Shown here: piece after piece, positions 8,344 through 18,873 of the stretch | Position numbering within the stretch: the stretch's first letter is position 1 | How the letters are laid out: each line of letters opens with the position of its first letter | Position numbers and translations under genes: made by a program | The notes under the pieces: generated by a model | Seen by the model: only the letters and a program-made list of their open reading frames with translations | Told to the model about the DNA's origin: nothing | Databases searched by the model: none | Assembly (NCBI GenBank): GCA_046757165.1 | Contig: JBHHXT010000038.1 | Coordinates: 1-32,955 of the forward strand | Origin: a bacterium | Lineage (GTDB): Bacteria > Zhuqueibacterota > Zhuqueibacteria > Oceanimicrobiales > Oceanimicrobiaceae | Direction: 5' to 3' | Length of the DNA stretch: 32,955 bases

Positions 8344-8769
8344 ATGACTTTTGAAACGGTTTTCGTAATCAAGTGTTCTGCGTTCCATGACCTCAAGACC
8401 CTGCTTGAAGAACTCATTGTCGCCTATGAAAACGTCTTAGTTCGGTTTTCTCTTTCGTTCTTTGAACCCGTTCAAGCAGTCTTATGGGTAGAGCTGCGGT
8501 TAGATTCAAGTCGAAATCCAAATGACATTTTCACACGAATCCAAAATCTGATCGAGACCCATCAGTTGACGGTCGAGAAGATCTATAAGTTATTCAACGA
8601 AGACCAGTCTCTCACATTGACGTTGAAAAAGAATTATGTCAACAACTGTGAGGCGTCTTTCGATATTCAATCTGCTGCCGAGATTCAAACAGCATTTGAG
8701 AACATGTATCGGAATCTCAGGCTGGACAAAATAAGAATGCGTTATATTAACAAAATGAAGAGAGCCTGA
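8344..8769 (+). CDS. hypothetical protein (possible ACT-like fold)
   Basis: Open frame 8245-8769, likely start ATG 8344 or GTG 8326; alternating beta/alpha pattern. Confidence 0.55.
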   Translation: MTFETVFVIKCSAFHDLKTLLEELIVAYENVLVRFSLSFFEPVQAVLWVELRLDSSRNPNDIFTRIQNLIETHQLTVEKIYKLFNEDQSLTLTLKKNYVNNCEASFDIQSAAEIQTAFENMYRNLRLDKIRMRYINKMKRA

Positions 8770-8809
8770 GTGATTGCACAACAGTGCCTTTGCCGACCCT
8801 TGAGAACCC

Positions 8810-10436
8810 GATGACCGCACAGACGTCACCCCCTCAACTTGAATCCAATAGACTGCTTTTTGCGGGCACGCCTGTGCTCAAGACGTGCCTGATCTTAGCT
8901 GGTTGGATTGCCATCACGCTCGGTGGGAGCACAACAAGAGCGCAAGAGTGCGTGGCTGATTCTGTCACGGTTGGCTATCGTGATTTTGCGTTTGGCGGCG
9001 GGGACGTAACCAGCGCGCCAACTGAAGAAAAGCCAGAAAGCAAACTTTGGTGGCATGACGGTTTGTGGTGGGCAGTGCTGTGGGACCACGATTCCCAAAG
9101 GTATACCATTCACACTTTCGATCGGGCCAACCAATGCTGGCTACGGGTTGGACCGGAGGCGGATGAACGACCCCGGTCGAGTTCCGATGCGCTTTGGGAT
9201 GGCAAGAAACTTTACATTGCCTCGCGCGCCAAAATGACGCACAAACCAGAACATGGACCGGAATCCGCGCGACTCTATCGATACAGCTACGACTCGGGCA
9301 CGAAGAGCTATCATCTCGATCCAGGCTTTCCGATGCAAATAAATGATTCAAGATCACGCGCACTGGTGCTCACAAAAGACTCTGCGGGCAAGCTTTGGGC
9401 GACCTGGGTGCAGGAAGATGATGTCATGATCAACCATACCGACGGCGACGATCTGAGCTGGGGCACGCCCGTGGTCTTGCCGGTGCAGGGGAATGATGTC
9501 GATACCATCGACATCTCCGCCGTTCTGGCTTTCGGGGGGGATAGGATCGGCGTATTCTGGGGCAATCAAATCGACAAAAAATACTACTTCGCCGTCCACA
9601 TCGATACCAGGCTTGCGGCCGATTGGGAGCCGAGAGAAGTTGTCCTGGGGGATGGCATGGCCAGGTTTGCGGATGACCATATCAACCTGGCGAGCAGTGC
9701 CAGCAGCGGGTTTGTGTTCGCTGTCGTGAAAACGAGTCTCGTTGGAAGCGAACGGCCACGCATCTTGTTGATGAAACGACATCCGGGGAATCGTGTTTGG
9801 ACCAGTCACGTCGTGGGTCTTGGAAAGGACGACCATACTCGCCCCATTGTCCTGTTCGACTCTGAAAACGATAGTCTCTATGTCTTTGCCAGAGTCAAAT
9901 TCAAGAATGCGATATATCTCAAGAGCGCCCACATGGATGACCCGACATTTTCTGAGGGTATCGGACGGCCTTTTATTCAGAGTACGACCGACTCCGATGT
10001 TAACAACCCAACCTCTACAAAACAGACCGTAAGCTCCGAGACCGGGTTGTTGGTCGTTGCGGGTGACAGACTCACCAAATTCTACTTGCACAATTACCTG
10101 AATCTGCGAAACACACCGGTTGTGGTTGAAGATAGGGCCTCTGTGGGAAATCATCCTGACCGTTTTGAGCTGCTGCGAAATCATCCAAACCCGTTCAATC
10201 CGACCACCACGATTAGGTATACGTTGGCCGCAGCGAGTGAGGTCACCCTAACCATTTACAACACGCTAGGCCAGCAGGTGCGAACCCTGGCAAAAGGCAG
10301 ACAACCCGCCGGTGCGTACCGCGTGCAATGGGATAGTCGAGACAGTGCTGGCAAGCTTGTGGTGAGCGGTGTTTATCTGTATTCCTTAAAAGCTGGCTCC
10401 TTGGTCCAGACACGTACGATGGTTCTGGCTCGATAG
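8810..10436 (+). CDS. secreted beta-rich (probable beta-propeller) protein with C-terminal FlgD-Ig/T9SS-type sorting domain
   Basis: Signal-like segment ending TRA-Q; 'PTEEKPESKLWWHDGLWW' N-terminus; C-terminal 'FELLRNHPNPFNPTTTIRY...WDSRDSAGKLVVSGVYLY'. Start uncertain. Confidence 0.8.
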
Positions 10437-10539
10437 TATCAGCATGCCAGAATGACACAAATCCTTGATCCTTTCTCTTTTTTTCTCATATTTACACTCT
10501 TTGGCATTGTTCGAGGTTCAGGCGCAAATCTGTTCCGGT

Positions 10540-10946
10540 ATGAGGCTCAATCTCAGAGATATTTCGTTTCTACGCTGCGGGACGAAAAAGCAGGAAAAGG
10601 CATACATCGTTCTGCAGGTGAGGAAATTCGATCCGGTCTTTGTCAGCACGGTGACCATCGGGGTGGACATCGATGGCAGTGACCTGGATATCATTTGCGA
10701 GGTCCGGTAGAAAAGCAGAATGCGTACCGCCATCTGATGGTCTGCAACCGTCTATTGCGAATCGGTGGCAACAAAGCCCGGCAGCAGATTCTCGAGCTCA
10801 GAGGCAGGGGGATGAAAACAGAACCAGCGTTTGCGGCCTATTTCGGTCTCAAAGGCGACCCGTACCAGGTGCTGCTGGAGCTCGAGGCACTGGACGAGCA
10901 AGAACTCGCACGCACGATGCGGAAGGATAAAACCGCTCGAGTGTGA
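10540..10946 (+). pseudogene. DUF4269-family (nucleotidyltransferase-like) protein with internal deletion and frameshift
   Basis: One frame reads 'DISFLRCGTKKQEKAY...IGVDIDGSDLDIICEV'. It is joined near 10704 to another frame reading 'PVEKQNAYRHL...GMKTEPAFAAYFGLKGDPY..LLEL'. The central part is absent. Confidence 0.75.
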
Positions 10947-10987
10947 CGCAAGGCGATAGCTGACGGCACATGGGCGTACCAGGTTCG

Positions 10988-11045
10988 GCGAAGCAGAGCT
11001 TCGCAGCTCAGTGCGTGCCCAAACCTGAGTTTGGGCACGCACTGA
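10988..11045. repeat. REP-like double hairpin
   Basis: gcgaagc-aga-gcttcgc (10988-11004) followed by a perfect 17-bp stem tcagtgcgtgcccaaac-ctga-gtttgggcacgcactga (11008-11045). Confidence 0.75.
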
Positions 11046-11176
11046 ACCGGCAGGCCCCAACCTCCAGCGTCATTCATGACGCTTCTCGACCTGAGCCTGA
11101 CGATTCATCGCCGGGCGGCCCATGACACGGCCAAACGGGAGTTTTGGAGAAAGAACCGCGTCACCTCGATGGATGA

Positions 11177-11368
11177 TCATAAAGCCGTTTCCTTGTGCAT
11201 CAACAAATCATAATACATTTGTGACAACTGCAGAAACGTTTCTTTCAATTGAGAATATTGCCGAGGATACAGAGAGGTGATCTCCATGTTGGGCACGTGA
11301 TATTCGCAGTACCATGCCAGATCAGTTCGATACTTGGCCGCATGACCACATAAGTCACAAGTCATCAT
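11177..11368 (-). CDS. small putative zinc-finger protein (CxxC-x13-CxxH)
   Basis: MMTCDLCG...WYCEYH followed by a helical tail; RBS AAAAGGGGA upstream. Confidence 0.55.
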   Translation of the reverse strand: MMTCDLCGHAAKYRTDLAWYCEYHVPNMEITSLYPRQYSQLKETFLQLSQMYYDLLMHKETAL

Positions 11369-11548
11369 GATAAATCCCCTTTTGTTAGAGCATGCTTACA
11401 GGAAACATGCGAGGAGAAGTTGGGCTGAGAGGCCCGTGCTGTTTCATCAAGTACTCAAGTATACCCGGCTTGTGAAGCAGTTGACAAATTATTTTGTCGT
11501 TATTCCCGTTAAAAACCGTTCATTGAACGCCAGGGCCGCAGATTGGGC

Positions 11549-11634
11549 CCACGCGGATCAAAAAAGCACACGGAAGAATATCTCAATTTGACTTAAGAAA
11601 TCCGTGTGGTTTTTTGATCCGTGTGGAATATTTT
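11549..11634. repeat. dispersed inverted-repeat element, copy 1
   Basis: ccacgcggatcaaaaaagcacacgga ... tccgtgtggttttttgatccgtgtgg; related copy at 28902. Confidence 0.75.
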
Positions 11635-11656
11635 ACCTTTTCCTGCCCGCAGGGCC

Positions 11657-11685
11657 TCTCGACTGGGCGAAATTCCCAGTCGAGA
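11657..11685. terminator. 11-bp hairpin just downstream of msrP
   Basis: tctcgactggg-cgaaatt-cccagtcgaga; no clear U-tract. Confidence 0.45.
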
Positions 11686-11699
11686 CGTAGATGGCTTAG

Positions 11700-12683
11700 C
11701 TAGTACAGCCGTGCCACCTCGTCTTCATAGCCATTGTAGAGCAACGTCGGAATCCGCTCGTCGGTGTCGATAACTCGCTCGCTCGCCTGAGACCAGCGCG
11801 GATGGGGCACATTGGGATTGACGTTCGACGTAAAGCCGTACTCATTAGGTGTCAGGTCGTTCCAGAAAGTACGTGGCTGCTTCTCGACAAACTCAATTCT
11901 GACAATGGATTTGATCGATTTGTAGCCGTACTTCCAGGGCACGATCAGGCGTATGGGCGCGCCGTGTTGTTTGGGGAGGGCATGGCCATAAATGCCGGTC
12001 GCCAGCAAGGTCAGTTCATTTGCTGCTTCGGCCATCGTCAGCCCTTCGTAGTAGGGCCAGGGATACCAGCTCTGCGTCCGCTGGCCGACGGCCTGCTCGG
12101 GACGGTTGAACGAGACCATGCGGACATACTTTGCGCTCGCAAACGGTTGCACTTCGTCGATCAGCTTCTTGAACGGAAAACCCGTCCAGGGCACGACCAT
12201 AGACCACGCCTCTACGCAACGAAAACGATAAACACGCTCCTGCAGCGGAAACTTCTTGACCAGGTCGTCGAGATCAAAGGTGCGTTTGTTGTGCACCAGG
12301 CCGGTCACTTCAACCTTCCAGGGCTCGATCTCCAGCTCTTGTGCCAGCTTCCACACCCGGGCTTTGTCTGTGGTGAATTCGTAAAAGTTGTTGTAAGCAG
12401 CCGCTGTTGCCTCGGCACTGAGCGGGCGATCGACGGTATACCGGGCATTGCGCTCAGCGGGGTAGGGCGGCAGGGGCTTCGGGATCGTGCCTTTGAAGTC
12501 GCCAGGATACGTTTCGACTCTCGCTTCGGATGTGCCTTTAAAGCACCCCATCAGAAGTCCGAAGGCGCCCAGACCCGAAAAGCCCAATTCTTTGATGAAG
12601 CTTCTCCGGTTCAGGAACACCTTCTCCGGCGTGGCCGTGCTTTCCAGGTGCTGCCAACTTTTCCTTATTTTGATATTGGCCAT
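11700..12683 (-). CDS. msrP: protein-methionine-sulfoxide reductase catalytic subunit MsrP (YedY, molybdoenzyme)
   Basis: Tat motif NRRSFIK; YNNFYEF, RFRCVEAWSMVVPW, PYYEGL, QHGAPIRLIVPWKYGYKSIKSI, HPRWSQASER; RBS AAGGAGG. Confidence 0.95.
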   Translation of the reverse strand: MANIKIRKSWQHLESTATPEKVFLNRRSFIKELGFSGLGAFGLLMGCFKGTSEARVETYPGDFKGTIPKPLPPYPAERNARYTVDRPLSAEATAAAYNNFYEFTTDKARVWKLAQELEIEPWKVEVTGLVHNKRTFDLDDLVKKFPLQERVYRFRCVEAWSMVVPWTGFPFKKLIDEVQPFASAKYVRMVSFNRPEQAVGQRTQSWYPWPYYEGLTMAEAANELTLLATGIYGHALPKQHGAPIRLIVPWKYGYKSIKSIVRIEFVEKQPRTFWNDLTPNEYGFTSNVNPNVPHPRWSQASERVIDTDERIPTLLYNGYEDEVARLY

Positions 12684-12913
12684 CAGGGCCTCCTTTCGGT
12701 TTAGTATCGACAGGCGGTTCCAGTCGGTTGTTTCTTGGGAAAATCTTCTCGCGTCAAAGATAGTACGAGGTGCTGCGGCGAAAAGGATTCATCCGCGATG
12801 ACAGTATCTTCAAACTTAAACGTCCGGCTGGTGCTCAAGTTCATATAGATAGCAGCCGTTGTAAACACTACCACCGCTTCAGCTTCAGCAGCCATTGTTA
12901 GAGTTTATGAAAG

Positions 12914-13942
12914 ATGTTTGAACGATACACTGAATCGCCCAAGATTTGTGAGGAATATCTTCGGTTGGCTCTGCCGCTCATGAAAAAGCTGGGAGCCGCC
13001 GTCCATCCGGCCAACTATGCTGTCTTCTTCTCTTATGTGGCCGGAAAGAATAAGCAACTCAAAGAGGAAGTTGGCGAACTGGTCAAACGGCGAGAGCGTC
13101 TGACACGTGTGCAGTGTGAAGTGCTCTATCGCAAATACTTCCTCGATTATGTCGATGACCAGGTCGAACGATTCCAAAAGAATACCAAAAAGATCTTGAC
13201 CGAGGTCTTTACCGCCCTGAAATACGCCAACAACGACACGTCACGGTTTGGTAACGCCCTGGAGGGATACAAATCTCAGTTGGAAACGGATGGCTACGAA
13301 GACAGGGTGCAACAAATCATCGACAGCATTCTGGCAGACACACGCTTGATGAAGCGTTCCTACACAGAGTTGCACAAGCAATTGGAAGACAGTACGAGCG
13401 AGATCCAACACCTCAAGAAGGCCCTGCAGTCTGCGCGCCAGGAAGCCGTCCATGACCCGCTGACAGGACTGGCCAATCGCAAAGGTTTTGCAAACGCACT
13501 GAAAGCGGCCATCGCCGAAATGCACCACGGGGCACACCCTCCCTGTCTGCTCATGTTGGATATCGACCGTTTCAAAAGGATCAACGATAATTTCGGTCAT
13601 GTTTTTGGGGATAACATCCTGAAGATGGTTGCTGTCATTCTCAAGAACACCGTGAAGGGTAGAGACACCCCCAGCCGTTATGGCGGTGAAGAGTTCGCCG
13701 TCATTCTGCCGGACACGCCGTTGCCGGGCGCCAAACACGTGGCTGAAAATATTCGCGCCACGGTCGAAAAAGGAAGGATTCAGCGCTCCAGCGACAAGGA
13801 GAACGTGGGGCGCGTAACCATTTCCATTGGGGTCGCCTCTCTCATGGCCGGCGAAACCGCCCAACAGCTCATTGCGCGTGCGGATGCTGCACTGTACGAT
13901 TCGAAGCAAAGGGGACGAAACCGGGTGACGGTTGCCACGTGA
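12914..13942 (+). CDS. cytoplasmic diguanylate cyclase (N-terminal helical/coiled-coil region + GGDEF; VdcA-like architecture)
   Basis: DPLTGLANR, DIDRFKRINDNFGHVFGD, RYGGEEF; the I-site position reads KGRD instead of RxxD. Confidence 0.92.
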   Translation: MFERYTESPKICEEYLRLALPLMKKLGAAVHPANYAVFFSYVAGKNKQLKEEVGELVKRRERLTRVQCEVLYRKYFLDYVDDQVERFQKNTKKILTEVFTALKYANNDTSRFGNALEGYKSQLETDGYEDRVQQIIDSILADTRLMKRSYTELHKQLEDSTSEIQHLKKALQSARQEAVHDPLTGLANRKGFANALKAAIAEMHHGAHPPCLLMLDIDRFKRINDNFGHVFGDNILKMVAVILKNTVKGRDTPSRYGGEEFAVILPDTPLPGAKHVAENIRATVEKGRIQRSSDKENVGRVTISIGVASLMAGETAQQLIARADAALYDSKQRGRNRVTVAT

Positions 13943-14404
13943 CAATGTATCTTTTTCTTAACATGCCAACTTAGTGTTTGCACTTGGCGGTGTTTTTCCC
14001 TATACTGAGCAGTCCACCAAAAAGGGGAAATGGGGTGATAAAAGAAGAATCACCGCACAACGTGGCCCGAGCTTCACAGCGTTCGCGCTCTGCGCAAGGC
14101 CCGATTTCGATTCCAGACCCTGACGCGACCAAGGGGTGACGCCTGTCCCCTCTCCTGCCGACCTCAGTAAATCCGGATCCAGCCTCTGGACTCATCCATC
14201 GCCAGCGCTCATTTGAAGAGGCCTCACCTGATTTGCAGGCGTTCATGGCGTCGTGCGCGTTGCAAGGTTTGGCGTATTATGATCAGGCACCGATCCTCTG
14301 CACGGTCTGTGACCGTGTATTGGAGGCCGCTTCCCACGCTGTGGAGTTAAGCCGGACAAGAAGCAGCTCGTCAGTTACTAAACCAAAATTAAGGAGGACT
14401 CCCG

Positions 14405-15892
14405 ATGCCAAAGCAAATCCTTACTTCCAAATGGGGGGCATGGATTCTTATCCTGCTCACCACCATGCTGATTGGTTGTGGGTCGAATCAAGATGGCATG
14501 GATGAGATTTTCATCACCACGAACTCGGACCAGGCGCGCCACTTGTTCAATGAAGCACTGGCCACCTTTGAGAAGATCCGTTTCACCGAGGCACGAGAAA
14601 TGTTTTCCAAAGCCATCGAGGTGGACCCCGGCTTTGCCATGGCACATTATTACCGGGCAATCACCAGCTCGACGGCCGGAGAGTTCAATGAGCATATTCA
14701 GAAAGCGAAGGAGTTGAGCAGCTCGGTGACGGAGGGCGAACGCCTGATGATTGAGGCCTCTTATGCCGCCCTTGTTGAAAACAATCCCACGCGGGGGATC
14801 GAGATTCTGCAGCAGTTGGCCGAAACCTTTCCAAAGGATAAGCGGGTGCACGCGACGCTTGGCAACCTCTACTATGGCCAGGACGAAGATGACAAGGCGA
14901 TACAGGCCTTCCGTAAAGCCATAGAAATCGATCCCGATTACTCAACGGCGTACAACTCCCTGGGCTACGCTTACCGGGAAAAGGGCGACTTCGAAAAGGC
15001 AGAAGAGGCGTTCAAGAATTACATTCGCCTGCTCCCCGATGAAGCAAATCCGCACGATTCTATTGCCGACCTGTACACCCGCATGGGAAAACACGAAGAC
15101 GCCATCCGTCACTATGAGAAAGCTGCTGAGCTCAACCCGAAGTTCGCGGTTTCACAACGCAAGATCGGAATGAATCTGATCTACATGGGCAAGTTTGAGG
15201 AGGCCAGACAGGCGTTTGACAAGGCCATCACTATGGAATCCACGGTAGCGGGTAAACTGAGCGACCTCGACAGGGTTGCAAATTCGTACCTCTATGAAGG
15301 CAAATTAAACCAAGCACAGAGGGCGTGCGAGGACATCATCACGCTCGCAAGCCAGGAAGGCATCCCGGAGTGGCAGGCCACTGGCCATGCGACGCGTTGC
15401 CAGGTCTTCCTGGCCATGGGAGACCTGGAAAACGCAGAAGCGAGTATGGCGGAATGCCGCAACGTCGTGATGACCTCTGATCTGATGCAATCCATTAAGG
15501 AAAGTTTCATCAAGGACGCTCTATTCAACGAAGCGATAATCGCTGCCAAACGTGGAGATTTTGACGCCGCGTGGCAGAAGGCAGATGAACACAAAACCAG
15601 GATCTCCGCTGGCAATAACCCGAAAGAAATGGAAGACCACCATGCTCTGCTCGGCCGGCTTTATCTGGAGCGCGGAGAAACAGGCGAAGCTATCGAGCAT
15701 CTCAAACAGGCGGATATGGAGAATCCATATACCGTCTTCGAGCTCGCCAGTGCGTACGCTTCGACCGGAGATGAGGAGAAGGCAACTCAGTTGTACCGGG
15801 ACGTTGCCGGCTGGAACCAGCACAGTGTGGACTACGCGCTGGTGCGCTCGCATGCCATTGAGGAGGTCAACCGGAGAGTGGCGGCAAAGTAG
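14405..15892 (+). CDS. tetratricopeptide-repeat lipoprotein
   Basis: Lipobox LIGC; multiple TPRs (AIEVDPGFAMAHY, AIEIDPDYSTAYNSLG, AAELNPKF); RBS AAGGAGG. Confidence 0.9.
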   Translation: MPKQILTSKWGAWILILLTTMLIGCGSNQDGMDEIFITTNSDQARHLFNEALATFEKIRFTEAREMFSKAIEVDPGFAMAHYYRAITSSTAGEFNEHIQKAKELSSSVTEGERLMIEASYAALVENNPTRGIEILQQLAETFPKDKRVHATLGNLYYGQDEDDKAIQAFRKAIEIDPDYSTAYNSLGYAYREKGDFEKAEEAFKNYIRLLPDEANPHDSIADLYTRMGKHEDAIRHYEKAAELNPKFAVSQRKIGMNLIYMGKFEEARQAFDKAITMESTVAGKLSDLDRVANSYLYEGKLNQAQRACEDIITLASQEGIPEWQATGHATRCQVFLAMGDLENAEASMAECRNVVMTSDLMQSIKESFIKDALFNEAIIAAKRGDFDAAWQKADEHKTRISAGNNPKEMEDHHALLGRLYLERGETGEAIEHLKQADMENPYTVFELASAYASTGDEEKATQLYRDVAGWNQHSVDYALVRSHAIEEVNRRVAAK

Positions 15893-15907
15893 CACTGTAT
15901 TCCGCAT

Positions 15908-15953
15908 TTTTGACAACGTTGCCTGAAAAAATGGCAGCGTCCGGTTGTCAAAA
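15908..15953. terminator. inverted repeat after the TPR gene (terminator or operator)
   Basis: ttttgacaac ... gttgtcaaaa (10 bp) enclosing gttgcc/ggcagc. Confidence 0.45.
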
Positions 15954-15994
15954 GTTCTCAGAATCCTCAGAATCCTCAGGTGAAGGTTGTTGCG

Positions 15995-16053
15995 TAACAT
16001 CTTGATATTTAACAGGTTGATAGTTATGCTTGCGTACTGGCACAGGATTTGTA
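15995..16053 (+). promoter_or_regulatory. IHF-like site plus sigma54-type -24/-12 promoter upstream of hsp20
   Basis: Reverse complement of 15995-16007 is TATCAAgatgTTA (WATCAAN4TTR). TGGCACaggatTTGTA at 16038-16053 has one mismatch at the -12 C. Confidence 0.5.
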
Positions 16054-16133
16054 AAGCGTCGGGTGTTGCAATTCTGTATCGTAGTCGTTAGCATGATTTT
16101 CCTTGAACAGATGAAGCAAAGGAGGTGTTCACC

Positions 16134-16583
16134 ATGGCTATGACACGTTGGAACCCGGCGCGAGACTTGTTGAATATCACCGACGAAATGAATCGTCTGG
16201 TCAACAGTGTATTCCATCCGAGCGAAACGCGCGAGACATCTTTGTTCAGTGGAAGCTGGAGCCCGGCAGTCGACATCAGCGAGGACCGCGATAATTTTTA
16301 CTTGCATGCTGACTTGCCCGGTCTGACAAAGGACGATGTCAGGGTGAAATACGAAGAAGGGGTGCTCACGGTCACGGGTGAAAAAAGAACCTCACGGGAA
16401 GAAAAGGACGTGAATTATCACAGGACCGAAAGAGCTTACGGCAAATTCGAGCGCAGCTTTCGCATCACCTCACAAATTCTTGCTGATCAAATATCGGCTG
16501 ACTTTTCAGATGGCGTCCTGTCCGTGACTTTGCCGAAGGCAGAGGAGGTGAAGCCCAAGGAGATCGAGGTAAGAATCAAGTAA
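16134..16583 (+). CDS. small heat-shock protein, Hsp20/alpha-crystallin family
   Basis: WSPAVDISE, ADLPGL, ERAYGKFERSF, DGVLSVTLPK, C-terminal IEV; RBS AAGGAGGT. Confidence 0.95.
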   Translation: MAMTRWNPARDLLNITDEMNRLVNSVFHPSETRETSLFSGSWSPAVDISEDRDNFYLHADLPGLTKDDVRVKYEEGVLTVTGEKRTSREEKDVNYHRTERAYGKFERSFRITSQILADQISADFSDGVLSVTLPKAEEVKPKEIEVRIK

Positions 16584-16840
16584 ATGGCTCTTTATCGGCT
16601 CTGAAACCGGGAAACGACTTTGTGGCCCGGTTTCGTGCCTTCCCCCCGATATTTCAGAACCCGGGCTGTCTCAAAAGGTTCAGGGTCGTTCCTGCTGAAG
16701 CAGGATTCTACAAAAAAAAGGACGCATAGATTGCCGTTCCCTCTCTTGCCTGAGTTTACTCCGCAAAGAGGGGGCACGCTTCACAGGGCCGCCCCGCGGA
16801 ACGTCTTTTGGGACATCCCCCCAAAAAAAGGAGGTTAATG

Positions 16841-17125
16841 ATGAACGTTAAACCACTTGCTGACCGTGTTTTGGTCAAACCCATCGATCCTGCAGAGGTG
16901 AAGAAAGGCGGCATTATCATTCCGGATACCGCGAAAGAAAAGCCGCAGGAAGGAGAAATTATGGCGGTGGGGCCGGGCAAAATCAATGACGCGGGCAAGA
17001 AAATCGAGCTCGAGGTGAAGAAAGGCGACCGGGTGCTCTATGGCAAGTACTCCGGGACTGAAATCACCATCGATGGCGACGAATATCTCATCATGAGAGA
17101 AAGTGACATTTTGGCGGTCATCTAA
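16841..17125 (+). CDS. groES: co-chaperonin GroES
   Basis: [49 protein letters not shown] (alternative ATG 16838). Confidence 0.98.
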   Translation: MNVKPLADRVLVKPIDPAEVKKGGIIIPDTAKEKPQEGEIMAVGPGKINDAGKKIELEVKKGDRVLYGKYSGTEITIDGDEYLIMRESDILAVI

Positions 17126-17151
17126 AGAATTGAAACATAGAATGGAGGTAA

Positions 17152-18786
<1,635 letters not shown>

Positions 18787-18813
18787 AACGAACCCCATCC
18801 GCAACGATACCCG

Positions 18814-18848
18814 GGGCCGCTTGTGTCACACCACAAGCGGCCCTTCTT
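18814..18848 (+). terminator. rho-independent terminator of groESL (may also serve the convergent gene)
   Basis: gggccgcttgtg-tcacac-cacaagcggccc followed by ttctt. Confidence 0.8.
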
Positions 18849-18873
18849 GCTGAACCGTCTGGCATCTGCCCTC

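Noticed and set aside
13940..13990. Sec read-through at other TGA stops (for example the diguanylate cyclase and the ABC permease)
   Set aside because: These proteins end at their normal family termini, and I saw no comparable SECIS-like hairpin
14055..14275. Integron attC-like ends (gcacaac...cttcacagcg / cgcgttgcaag...gtttggc)
   Set aside because: Too long (more than 200 bp), complementarity poor, no cassette array or integrase
15954..15980. Short tandem repeat (ctcagaatc)n
   Set aside because: About 2.5 copies of 9 bp with no spacers; not CRISPR and no evident function
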